This document shows, piece after piece, positions 38,545 through 47,170 of a DNA stretch of 64,000 nt (within the stretch, counting starts at the first letter, position 1; each line of letters starts with the position of its first letter). Source of the DNA: Longimicrobiales bacterium (GTDB lineage: Bacteria > Gemmatimonadota > Gemmatimonadetes > Longimicrobiales > Gaopeijiaceae); NCBI GenBank assembly GCA_965202985.1, contig CBDBCF010000002.1:864001-928000 (forward strand), given 5' to 3'. The translations under genes were made by a program, and so were the position numbers. The notes below the pieces were generated by a model. It made no database searches and was not told where the DNA came from. It was given only the letters and a program-made list of their open reading frames with translations.

Positions 38545-39834
38545 CTACATGTGGGCGGCGACGGCCTCACCGAACGCCGACGTGGACACCTTGACCGCGC
38601 CCTTCATCTGACGTTCGAGGTCGTAGGTGACGGTGCCCGCGGCCACGGCACCCTCCAGCCCCCTGTCCACGGCTCGCGCGGCATCGTCCCAGCCCATGTG
38701 CTCCAACATCATGGCGGCCGACAGGATCAGGGAGCCCGGGTTGACCTTGTTCCGGCCCGCGTACTTGGGCGCGGTGCCGTGGGTCGCCTCGAAGAGCGCC
38801 ACTTGGTCGCCGACGTTGGCGCCCGGCGCCAGCCCCAAGCCGCCCACCTGGGCCGCGCAGGCGTCGGACAGGTAGTCGCCGTTCAGGTTCGGCGTCGCCA
38901 CCACCGAGTACTCGGCGGGGCGCAGCAGCACCTGCTGGAACATGGCGTCGGCGATCCGGTCCTTGATCACGACCCGGCCCGCCGCGTCTTCGCCCTCCCA
39001 CAGCCGCGACTCGGGGACCGTGGCGTCGGGGAACTGCTCGGCGGCGACCTCGTAGCCCCAGTCCCGGAACGCGCCCTCGGTGAACTTCATGATGTTGCCC
39101 TTGTGCACCAGCGTTACGGAGTCCCGGCCCCGCGCCAGCGCATAGCGGACCGCCGCCGCCATGTGCCGCTTGGCACCGAACGGGCTGATGGGCTTGACGC
39201 CGATCCCGCTGCCCTCCCGGAGCCGCGCACCCATGCGGTCCACGAGGAACGCGCGCAGGCGCTCGGCCTCGGGGGTGCCCGACGCCCATTCGATGCCGGC
39301 GTACACGTCCTCCGTGTTCTCGCGGAAGATCACCACGTCCAGCTTCTCGGGTTCGCGCACCGGGGACGGCACGCCGGGGATCCAGCGCACGGGCCGAATG
39401 CACGAGTACAGGTCCAGCACCTGCCGGATCGTCACGTTCAGCGACCGGATGCCGCCGCCGACGGGGGTCGTGAGCGGCCCCTTGATGGCGACGCGAAACT
39501 CGGTCAGGGCGTCCAAGGTCTCTTGGGGCAGCCATTCGCCGGTGCGCTCTCGGGCCTTCTCGCCCGCCAGCACCTCCATCCACGCGATCGAGCGGGCGCC
39601 CCCGTACGCCTTCTCCACCGCCGCGTCCACCACGTGACGGGTGGCGGCCCAGATGTCGGGGCCGATCCCGTCGCCTTCGATGAACGGGACGATCGGACGA
39701 TCGGGCACGGCGAGGGCTTGGCGCGGCGCTGCGGGGCCTCCGCTCTCGCCTTCGCCCGCGTCGGTGATCTTCTGGCCGTCGGGGGGAACGACGGCGTGGC
39801 TGTAGGACGAGGCCGGCGAGCGGGATGCGGACAA
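38545..39834 (-). CDS. icd: NADP-dependent isocitrate dehydrogenase (start approximate)
   Basis: [61 protein letters not shown]. Confidence 0.97.
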   Translation of the reverse strand: MSASRSPASSYSHAVVPPDGQKITDAGEGESGGPAAPRQALAVPDRPIVPFIEGDGIGPDIWAATRHVVDAAVEKAYGGARSIAWMEVLAGEKARERTGEWLPQETLDALTEFRVAIKGPLTTPVGGGIRSLNVTIRQVLDLYSCIRPVRWIPGVPSPVREPEKLDVVIFRENTEDVYAGIEWASGTPEAERLRAFLVDRMGARLREGSGIGVKPISPFGAKRHMAAAVRYALARGRDSVTLVHKGNIMKFTEGAFRDWGYEVAAEQFPDATVPESRLWEGEDAAGRVVIKDRIADAMFQQVLLRPAEYSVVATPNLNGDYLSDACAAQVGGLGLAPGANVGDQVALFEATHGTAPKYAGRNKVNPGSLILSAAMMLEHMGWDDAARAVDRGLEGAVAAGTVTYDLERQMKGAVKVSTSAFGEAVAAHM

Positions 39835-39914
39835 CGGGAAGCTCCGGGAGCGAAGGAAAGTTGCGGCCTGCTCGCTGGTCGCCGGGGGCGGCGACGGCGG
39901 ACGGGCCCTGGAAG

Positions 39915-39990
39915 TGGACAATCTGAGCCCTGCACGGCTAGAATCGGAAGGGGCCGCACCGTCGTGACAGATAGTACCCACTATTTGTCA
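39915..39990 (+). promoter_or_regulatory. Putative sigma70 promoter and palindromic operator upstream of the Fic gene
   Basis: TGGACA(39915)-18 bp-TAGAAT(39939); inverted repeat TGACAGATAGT-accc-ACTATTTGTCA (39965-39990, 10/11 match). Confidence 0.55.
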
Positions 39991-40011
39991 AAGAATCTGT
40001 CAAAGCGAGAC

Positions 40012-41166
40012 ATGGAACGCATCCACTTTCGGCGACACTGGGGATTGTCGGCCAGGACCCGGTACGAACTGGGCTGGTGCGACGCCTCCCTGGAGACCTT
40101 GCGCGCAGCGCCGGCGCCCCCGGAGGTCCGGCGTCGGCTGCTGGACGCCGCCCTGGCGAAGGCCGTGGCGCGGACGACCGCGTTGGCAGGGGCCAGCGTC
40201 TCGGAAGAGGAGGCGGCCGGATTGGTGGCCGGGCGACGCTTGCCCGCCAGCCAGCGCCATGTGGAGAACGAGGCCAGGAACGTGCTGGACGCCCACCGCG
40301 CGCTGATCGCCGAGGTGGCGGAAGGAGGCGGGGCCGGGCCGGTCGCGCCCGAGCAGGTGCTGCGCCTTCACGGGATGGCGGGTCGCGGTCTGGGCAAGCG
40401 CTTTGGCGGGGTGCCGGGGCAATTTCGAACAGGTGACCTGCCCGACGCGCCGCTCCCCTGCCCTCCGGGCCGTCAAGTGTCCGGCCTGGTCGAACGCCTG
40501 TGCGAATGGCTGGAGGGGCAGTTCGGAACGCCCGTCGCTGTCGGCACGCGCGCCGGCACGCCAGGGGCGACGCAAGCCGGAGATCCGGTCGCGCATGCCG
40601 TCGCCGCCCATGCGTACCTGTCGTGGATTCGCCCCTTCGAGGACGGCAACGGCAGGACCGCCAGGCTTGTCGAGTCGAGCATCCTGCTGTCTTCGGGAAC
40701 ACCCGCCGCCGCGTCTCTCCTGCTGTCCGCCCACTACGGCGAGACGCCCAGGGAGTACCGCCGCCAGCTTCGCCAAGCCGCGCGCGACCGCTCCGTCACC
40801 TCGTTCCTTGCCTACGCCGTCGCGGGCTTCCGAGACGGGCTGGACGCGCTGGTCGAGGCAGTTCGGCGCCCCCAGCTGGAGGCCGCTTGGCGGGTCCTCG
40901 TCTTCAAGCGCTTCGCCGAGCAGCCGCACCTGAAGAGATCGGTCCTCAAGCGCCGGAGAGACCTCGTGCTGGCCCTGCCGACGCGCGAGTCCTTTCGCCT
41001 GGGCGACGCCACGGCGCTGGACCCCTGGATCGCCCGTGCGTACCGCTCCCTGTCCGAGCGCACGCTTCGTCGCGACCTGGAGGTGCTGGCCGAGATGGGG
41101 CTGCTGGCCGAAGAGGACGGGGAGTACCGGGCAAACACAGCAGTGCTGCGGTCGTCGACCGCGTAG
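40012..41166 (+). CDS. Fic-family protein with C-terminal winged HTH; catalytic His replaced by Arg
   Basis: PGQFR, WIRPFEDGNGRTARL; C-terminal SERTLRRDLEVLAEMGLL. Confidence 0.85.
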   Translation: MERIHFRRHWGLSARTRYELGWCDASLETLRAAPAPPEVRRRLLDAALAKAVARTTALAGASVSEEEAAGLVAGRRLPASQRHVENEARNVLDAHRALIAEVAEGGGAGPVAPEQVLRLHGMAGRGLGKRFGGVPGQFRTGDLPDAPLPCPPGRQVSGLVERLCEWLEGQFGTPVAVGTRAGTPGATQAGDPVAHAVAAHAYLSWIRPFEDGNGRTARLVESSILLSSGTPAAASLLLSAHYGETPREYRRQLRQAARDRSVTSFLAYAVAGFRDGLDALVEAVRRPQLEAAWRVLVFKRFAEQPHLKRSVLKRRRDLVLALPTRESFRLGDATALDPWIARAYRSLSERTLRRDLEVLAEMGLLAEEDGEYRANTAVLRSSTA

Positions 41167-41198
41167 ACCGGGTGCAATTCGGGCCGACGGCGGGCAGG

Positions 41199-41789
41199 AT
41201 GCCGATGTCCAAGGACCAGAGCACCGATCTTTTCAACGTCAAAGTTGACCTGAAGCGCCTCCATCGGCAGGACCGGGAGTATCTGGCATGGGTAGTGGAG
41301 ACGTTCGGCCCGCTCGTGCTGTCCGTGGCCTTTCGATATGCCGACGACGAGAATCACGCCCGGGAGCTCGACCAAGCCTGCTGGACGCACGTTCTGGACC
41401 GACTCGATCGGTATCGCGGAAAGCAGACGTTCGCGGCTTGGCTAGTCGTAGTCGCCAAGCGACGCTGCCTCTCCCTGCTCCGAAAGGAGAGGCGCGCCAC
41501 GGCCGGCCGGACGAACATCGAAGCCGCCGGAGATGTGCCCGATCCCGGTCTCACGCCGCAGGAACACACGGAAGCTGTCTTCCTGCAAGCTGCCGTCCAG
41601 GAAGCGTTGGCCCGCTTGCCAGACAAGCAGGGCAAGGTGATCGCGCTGACGATCCTTGAACGCAAGAGCATTGGGGAAGCGGCGAAGGAGATGGGCGTGG
41701 CGCCGGCGACCGTCGCAAGACTGAAGGAGCGAGGGCTAGCGACGCTCCAACGCGACCCGTTGTTGCAGAAGCTCCACCAAGATCTGTAA
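41199..41789 (+). CDS. ECF RNA polymerase sigma factor
   Basis: FAAWLVVVAKRRCLSLLR (region 2); ALARLP...SIGEAAKEMGVAPATV (region 4). Confidence 0.85.
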   Translation: MPMSKDQSTDLFNVKVDLKRLHRQDREYLAWVVETFGPLVLSVAFRYADDENHARELDQACWTHVLDRLDRYRGKQTFAAWLVVVAKRRCLSLLRKERRATAGRTNIEAAGDVPDPGLTPQEHTEAVFLQAAVQEALARLPDKQGKVIALTILERKSIGEAAKEMGVAPATVARLKERGLATLQRDPLLQKLHQDL

Positions 41790-41833
41790 GAAACTGATCC
41801 ACTCGAGTGCAGCACCTGCGGCGTTTGTCCAGT

Positions 41834-42403
41834 ATGAATCAAGAATGGAGAGCCGAATGGACGCGCCGGACGCGCTTGGTCTTGGGCGGACTGTTGCTCG
41901 GCATCGTCGGGCAAGCAGCCGTCACGGCCGTGGGAGCACTGGTCGTCGCCAGCCCAGCCGCCGAGGCACCCGACCTGCTCCTGGGGGACTCTTGGTCGGC
42001 ACTTCGGGGAACCACGCTGGACGGCTCATCCTCGTCACTGGTTCTTCCGGGCGACCGGCCGACGATCGTGTACGCCTTTAACTCCACTTGCGAGCCCAGC
42101 AACGCGGTGGGCACCCTATGGTCCCGTCACTTCGCGAAGCCACTCCCTGTTCGACGAATTGCTGTCTCTCTGGACCACCCCGCGGATGCAGCGACGTACG
42201 CTCGGCGGTTCGGCTGGAAGATAGACCTGCTGAGCGCTTTTCGTCTAGCCCCGACCGCGCCCGAACGAGTTCTGGCGTCCAGAACACCGTGGGTCTTCGT
42301 ATTCGACGCCGACGGCGTACTCGCGCACGCCGGACACGGAAGTAGTGTGCCAGAGCTCGAGCGAGTCGTTCGGGAACTGACGAAAGGCATCGGGACACAA
42401 TGA
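41834..42403 (+). CDS. Membrane-anchored thioredoxin-fold (TlpA/peroxiredoxin-like) protein with CxxS motif
   Basis: N-terminal TM; TIVYAFNSTCEPS; IAVSLD; TPWVFVFDADG. Confidence 0.7.
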   Translation: MNQEWRAEWTRRTRLVLGGLLLGIVGQAAVTAVGALVVASPAAEAPDLLLGDSWSALRGTTLDGSSSSLVLPGDRPTIVYAFNSTCEPSNAVGTLWSRHFAKPLPVRRIAVSLDHPADAATYARRFGWKIDLLSAFRLAPTAPERVLASRTPWVFVFDADGVLAHAGHGSSVPELERVVRELTKGIGTQ

Positions 42404-42933
42404 AATCCACTACGAAATGGATCGTCGCTGCGGCCGCCATCAACGCAGTCTTCTTGCCATTCACCGTCAAGTCCACCGTAAGGATCGCGGGACCCTCGGA
42501 GGCTTCGCGGCAACGGCTCATGAACTGTTGCGAGGAATCTGCGCCGGGCGAATCGTACTGCTGCATCCGATGCTGTTGGATCAGTCTTGGCTGCTGGGGA
42601 AGTTGTCAGGCTACCAGAGCTAGCAGGGCAAGTGACGATCTGGTTGACGCCGGATATCTCTTTGTGCCATCCGAGAACGACCGTTGGCTGTCCACCCACA
42701 CCGACGCGACCCGGCTGGTTTTGCGATGGGCAGGTAGCCCAGGTCATCAGGCCGATCAGGTGTCCCTGTTCCCCGACGATCACAACTGCCGCGCCGACCA
42801 TCGACATCGCTGTCAGAAAACGATCCACCATGCTCCGACACTCACAGCGTTGGTTCACTACAGGCACGAGTACTCGGCTCACAAGGATGCCGAATCGAGC
42901 CATCCACCCCCCGACAAGGGAGAAGTATCATGA
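42400..42933 (+). CDS. Secreted Cys-rich peptide with CC-x9-CC-x2-CC-x5-C-x3-C core; C-terminal half may be read-through
   Basis: ATGA overlap with upstream gene; signal-like MKSTTKWIVAAAAINAVFL; CCEESAPGESYCCIRCCWISLGCWGSC. Confidence 0.6.
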   Translation: MKSTTKWIVAAAAINAVFLPFTVKSTVRIAGPSEASRQRLMNCCEESAPGESYCCIRCCWISLGCWGSCQATRASRASDDLVDAGYLFVPSENDRWLSTHTDATRLVLRWAGSPGHQADQVSLFPDDHNCRADHRHRCQKTIHHAPTLTALVHYRHEYSAHKDAESSHPPPDKGEVS

Positions 42934-43331
42934 CCATCCGCAAACTGTTCCTGTTCCTCCTGCGTCACGTCGGCGCGACGGTAGCGTCGCTGGGCCGTGT
43001 CGTCCCGGCTCAGCTCAACAGCCGGAAGATCACGAGGGCGTTTGTGGCGGCCCTCGTCGTCGGCACCGTCCTCACGACCCTGGTCGCTGAAGCGGCAGCA
43101 GCGAGGGGTGGCGCGCCGCTAGCGTGCGATGCCGCCACCGTCGCCGATTGCTCCGCCGAGAATGGCGAATCGATCGGCGGCGTTCTCTCGCCCAAGGAGG
43201 CTGATGCTTCTTGTTCTTCGTTGCAGAATTCTGGATTCTGCGACGAAATGGATGACGGCTACGCCATCTGTTGCTCGACCAACGACGAGGGGGTTATCCT
43301 GGATTGCAAGAAAGTCCTCATCCCCGCATAG
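42930..43331 (+). CDS. Secreted Cys-rich small protein (133 aa, 7 Cys)
   Basis: AAGGGAG RBS; h-region AFVAALVVGTVLTTLVAEAAAA; C-terminal SC...FC...ICC...DCKK. Confidence 0.7.
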   Translation: MTIRKLFLFLLRHVGATVASLGRVVPAQLNSRKITRAFVAALVVGTVLTTLVAEAAAARGGAPLACDAATVADCSAENGESIGGVLSPKEADASCSSLQNSGFCDEMDDGYAICCSTNDEGVILDCKKVLIPA

Positions 43332-43341
43332 CGACAGCCTG

Positions 43342-43388
43342 CCCATAAGGCTGGGGGTGGGGCTACAGCCCTGCCCTGCCCTTATGGG
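43342..43388 (+). terminator. Stem-loop between peptide gene and propeller gene
   Basis: CCCATAAGG (43342-43350) pairs with CCTTATGGG (43380-43388), with G-rich/C-rich inner arms; no U-tract. Confidence 0.55.
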
Positions 43389-43446
43389 GCTACCACGATC
43401 ATGACAACACCCAAAAAACCACAATCACAAGTCAGGCAGACCACAG

Positions 43447-44547
43447 ATGTCCAAGACTCTTTATCTGTTGCTAGTGATCGCAATAGTCGTGGCAGGAACC
43501 AGCTCAACACCGTCGGGCGCAGCACAGGAGAAACAAGATACGGTTCTATCTCGAGTCGTCCCGGAGCTGTTGCGTGTTCACGGGCCCGATCCCGATCTTG
43601 TAGGTATTCGCGACGCGGCGTTCAGTGGACAGGTTCTGGCCGTCCTTGCGAGACCCTCCCCAGCAGTGTTCGTGTTTGAGCCGGAGGGCAACACGAGAAA
43701 GTGGGGCAACCTAGGGGAGGGACCCGCCGAACTTGCCGATCCACAGAGTATTGTGTGGGTGCACGGTGATCTACTGATTTTCGATTTTGACTTGGGCAAG
43801 ATCGCTTCATTCGACGTTGAGGGCCTGCTGCGTTCCACAAGGCCCATTAGCGGACTAGTCGGAGGCTTGGCGTACAGCGCGGGAGACACCCTGATCACTC
43901 GGTTTACCTTTGCCGGAGCTAGATCGGCTGTCCGGTTGAGGTCGTCGGAGGAGGTCAAGCTTCTGACGATGCCGCCTCCTCCTACAGTTGTTCTATCCGC
44001 TGTGGGGAGCCCGCCCCTGCGGATGCCGCCACCGTACACGGGCGTTGGAACGTGGGCGAGCCTTCCGTGCGGAGGGATTGTCCATTGGGATGGTGCATCG
44101 GATCATCTTGCAACGTTCGACCTCTTGGGAAGAGCTGGTGAGACCCTCCCCCTTCCAGAGGATCAGTATCCGGTTTCTGCCGAGGATCGACGCGCTTGGA
44201 TGGCCAGTGCGGTTCCATCCGGAGATCTTGCGGGCCGAGGCGACGTGTTTGCCGCGCTGAGGGGGAAAGTGGAGGGACAGGTTGAGTTTCCGTCGCACTT
44301 TCCGGTCGTCCTTGGTCTTATGGGCGACCCCCATGGGGGCGCTTGGGTAAAACGGACGCCGGATCCCTCGATATGGACCTACGTGGATGGCGAAGGCCCG
44401 CAGTTGACGATTCGTCTGCCGGCCGACCGGAAGCTGATGGCAGTCAGCGCGTCCGAACTGGCCGCTAGAAGTCGGGACTCCATGGGTGTCGAGTCTATCG
44501 AGGTCTACCGCAATCCAATGGAGTCGGCCGCCCCGTGCCTGCCCTGA
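43447..44547 (+). CDS. Exported 6-bladed beta-propeller protein
   Basis: Signal MSKTLYLLLVIAIVVAG; VFEPEG...WGNLGEGPAEL; DPHGGAWV; C-terminal RDSMGVESIEVYR. Confidence 0.75.
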   Translation: MSKTLYLLLVIAIVVAGTSSTPSGAAQEKQDTVLSRVVPELLRVHGPDPDLVGIRDAAFSGQVLAVLARPSPAVFVFEPEGNTRKWGNLGEGPAELADPQSIVWVHGDLLIFDFDLGKIASFDVEGLLRSTRPISGLVGGLAYSAGDTLITRFTFAGARSAVRLRSSEEVKLLTMPPPPTVVLSAVGSPPLRMPPPYTGVGTWASLPCGGIVHWDGASDHLATFDLLGRAGETLPLPEDQYPVSAEDRRAWMASAVPSGDLAGRGDVFAALRGKVEGQVEFPSHFPVVLGLMGDPHGGAWVKRTPDPSIWTYVDGEGPQLTIRLPADRKLMAVSASELAARSRDSMGVESIEVYRNPMESAAPCLP

Positions 44548-44666
44548 GCGGGACGGGACGCTTTGGCGCGAGCGAGCCAGGCGGTTACGTTCGTTTGGAG
44601 GTTCGTCCCCAGCGGCCATCGTCGAGTTCCTGACCAGCAGTTCGGAGGCGGGACGTGTCAGTCCAG

Positions 44667-45833
44667 ATGAACGCAGACGCTTTTCTGCGCCGAACGGCGT
44701 CGATATTCCTAATGCTCGTCGGTCTCGTGTTGGCCTACGGGCTGTACGCGATTGCGACGGCGTACCCCGAGGGAACCCCATGGCTCGGGAGACTCGTGGC
44801 CCTGGCGAGAGCGCTCGGCGTCGTCTTCGCCCTTCTGGCGCCTCTGGCCGTGTTCGGAGGAGCACTGGACCGTTTCGACGCATTTGGCGAGTCGGCACCC
44901 GGTGTGCGCCGACGCCAGTGGCTCTGGTTGATTTGCGTCGCCGTCGCTACCGGGCTGGTCGCTGGGTTCGCTCCAGTTCTCGGAGACCGCGTTCTGGCAA
45001 CGATTGCCGACGACCCGACCGCGGTGCCTCTCGCTGCGCCGACCCCGGCAAGCGCCTATGTCCGTCTGCTGGCACCGTTCGCCTTGGCGATCTTTGTTGC
45101 CCTGTCGGCGCTGGCGGGCGCCGTCGTCGGTCGCCAGACCGAGCGGATGTCTCCGGCGGCCGGTCGCTCCTGGCGATGGCTCGCTTGCGTGGTCCTGTTC
45201 GCGTTGTTCTGCATTCCTGTCGTGGCGTTGGCGGAGCTGGTCGTCGTTCATGGCTTCCCCGCAGTCCTGATTGCGGTCGTTCCACCCGCCGTCCCGTTCA
45301 CGGCCACCTACGTCATGCTGCGCATCCAGCACTACGACCTGCGGGACGTGCTGGGCTTGCCGATACCCGGTCAGCTGGATTCGGAAGCGATTGAGCGGCT
45401 TGCGGCGGCGGTCGTGGCGGCGGACGAGGAGGGGCACGACGGCCGCATAGTGGCGACTGCCAGGAACGAGGAAGAACTGAGAACGGCCCGGTTCATGTTG
45501 CGGCTCCAGCGTGCCGCCGCCCCGACCCTCACGGTCAGTCCGGCGTCGGCGCGCCGGATCGTGAATTCGGCGCTGGCGGCTGCGCCCGCCCCGCAGGAGG
45601 CGGAGCCGCCATGGTTGCGTCCGCACTTCGAGCGAGCGATGCCACTGGCCATCTCGTGGGCGGCTCTGACGCTCTGCTTGCTGTTCTCCGGCGGGATGAT
45701 CGGCGGGGCGGTTGGCCGAGACAGCCTAATAGTAGCCGCCGCGGTCGGACTGCTCGGCGCCGTGGTCAGCGGGCACTTGCCGTCCGCCCATCCAGGCCGG
45801 GGCTCCACGGGGGCAGCGCCGGCCCGAGCCTAA
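44667..45833 (+). CDS. Hypothetical polytopic membrane protein (~8 TM)
   Basis: Multiple hydrophobic segments with a soluble insert near the C-terminus. Confidence 0.65.
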   Translation: MNADAFLRRTASIFLMLVGLVLAYGLYAIATAYPEGTPWLGRLVALARALGVVFALLAPLAVFGGALDRFDAFGESAPGVRRRQWLWLICVAVATGLVAGFAPVLGDRVLATIADDPTAVPLAAPTPASAYVRLLAPFALAIFVALSALAGAVVGRQTERMSPAAGRSWRWLACVVLFALFCIPVVALAELVVVHGFPAVLIAVVPPAVPFTATYVMLRIQHYDLRDVLGLPIPGQLDSEAIERLAAAVVAADEEGHDGRIVATARNEEELRTARFMLRLQRAAAPTLTVSPASARRIVNSALAAAPAPQEAEPPWLRPHFERAMPLAISWAALTLCLLFSGGMIGGAVGRDSLIVAAAVGLLGAVVSGHLPSAHPGRGSTGAAPARA

Positions 45834-45846
45834 CGGAAAGACGCAC

Positions 45847-46722
45847 TTGGCCGCCCCCCGGTCCCGGACTCCGCCGCTGCTTGCCCTCCACGGAAGCAAG
45901 GCCCTGCAGTGGGCGCTTCGGGCCGTGTTCTCGAGGGGCACGGCCTCCCGAGTCATCGGACCTGCCCTCTTTGCACGGTCCTGGGGCGAACTGGAGCGGC
46001 TCTGCCGAAGCAATCCAGGGTCACCGGCAATCTTCGATCCCTGCTACCGAGACCTTCCGAGCGACCCGCCCCCCGCAAGTCCCCCCGGCCTGCTCATCAC
46101 TCCGTCGGCGTCGAACCCGCTGATATGCTCCCCGCGGGCCGGACATCCGCGTCCCGCTTGGCTGGGAACCGTCGAAGGCAACTTCACAAGCGCACTGCCG
46201 GACAAGGCGGAAGAGGACTTCGACGTGCTTGCTTCCACGGTCCTGAGAGCGATAGAGCCGGATCGGCCTCGCCGTCTGATCGACCACATCGAAGCGCGTG
46301 CCGACCCGCTGGCGTGTCGGATCGTACGTCAGGCCCTCGACCGGTCCTGGACTGCGTGCACGGTGACGGAGCTTGCGGCGAGCGTGGGTCTGCCCTACTG
46401 GACCCTGGTTCGCCGGTGCAATGCCCTTCGCCTCCCGAACCCGAAGCATCTAGTGTCGTTGGCGCGCGCATACACGGTCGAGCGATTGGCGGAGTGGAGC
46501 GAACGGCCTTCCGGGGCCGTAGCCGTCGCCCTGCACTTCTCCAGTGGGCCCGCCTACCGAAGAATGGTACGCGGCACCATGGGTTTTCCTCCCACGGTGG
46601 TCCGGGAGATGGGTGGAGCAGACTTCGTCGGCAGGACCATTGTGGCAGCTGTGCTCGGAAGCCATGTCCGTTCGTCCCGCGCTGGCTGGGAGCCCCTCGA
46701 CCCCGTAGATTGGGGGCCATGA
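45847..46722 (+). CDS. AraC-like HTH transcriptional regulator
   Basis: TVTELAASVGLPYWTLVRRC...VAVALHFSSGPAYRRMVRGTMGFPP double HTH. Confidence 0.7.
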   Translation: MAAPRSRTPPLLALHGSKALQWALRAVFSRGTASRVIGPALFARSWGELERLCRSNPGSPAIFDPCYRDLPSDPPPASPPGLLITPSASNPLICSPRAGHPRPAWLGTVEGNFTSALPDKAEEDFDVLASTVLRAIEPDRPRRLIDHIEARADPLACRIVRQALDRSWTACTVTELAASVGLPYWTLVRRCNALRLPNPKHLVSLARAYTVERLAEWSERPSGAVAVALHFSSGPAYRRMVRGTMGFPPTVVREMGGADFVGRTIVAAVLGSHVRSSRAGWEPLDPVDWGP

Positions 46723-46772
46723 CGATTCCCTTGCCTAGCCTCGGCCGCCGCGCGGGAGCGCCGGCGTAGGTC

Positions 46773-47159
46773 ATGGAACTCGGCGCTTTCTCGGTCAGCC
46801 TCGCCGTCAAGGACTTGGCGGCGTCTCGGGCGTTCTACGAGAAGCTCGGATTCAAGCAGACCGGAGGCGACGACCGCAAGTACGTCATGATGGTCAACGG
46901 GACCGCCGTGATCGGGCTTTTCGAAGGCCTCTTCGAGGGCAACATCCTGACCTTCAACCCGGGAATGGGACAGGACATGTCCACCTTGGAGGACTTCACC
47001 GACGTTCGAGAGATCCGCGACTCCCTTGTGGAGGCCGGGATCGAGATGACCACCGACGCGGACCCCGACGGAACCGGACCCGCCCACGTGGCCTTCAAGG
47101 ACCCGGACGGAAACGCGGTCCTGATCGACCAGTTCTTCCCCCGGCCCGACCGGCGCTAG
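46773..47159 (+). CDS. VOC/glyoxalase family protein
   Basis: SLAVKDLAASRAFYEKLGF...FKDPDGNAVLIDQ. Confidence 0.92.
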   Translation: MELGAFSVSLAVKDLAASRAFYEKLGFKQTGGDDRKYVMMVNGTAVIGLFEGLFEGNILTFNPGMGQDMSTLEDFTDVREIRDSLVEAGIEMTTDADPDGTGPAHVAFKDPDGNAVLIDQFFPRPDRR

Positions 47160-47170
47160 GAGCATTTCAA

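Noticed and set aside
38248..40011. 972-aa ORF as a giant Fic fusion
   Set aside because: The upstream part is the antisense of icd; only 40012-41166 is Fic-like
42587..43090. Alternative Cys-containing ORF overlapping both peptides
   Set aside because: No RBS or signal peptide, and it overlaps two better-supported ORFs
42400..43331. Classical RiPP cluster (lanthipeptide, ranthipeptide, etc.)
   Set aside because: No radical SAM, LanB/C/M, YcaO or peptidase-ABC exporter gene nearby; peptides carry Sec-like signals instead
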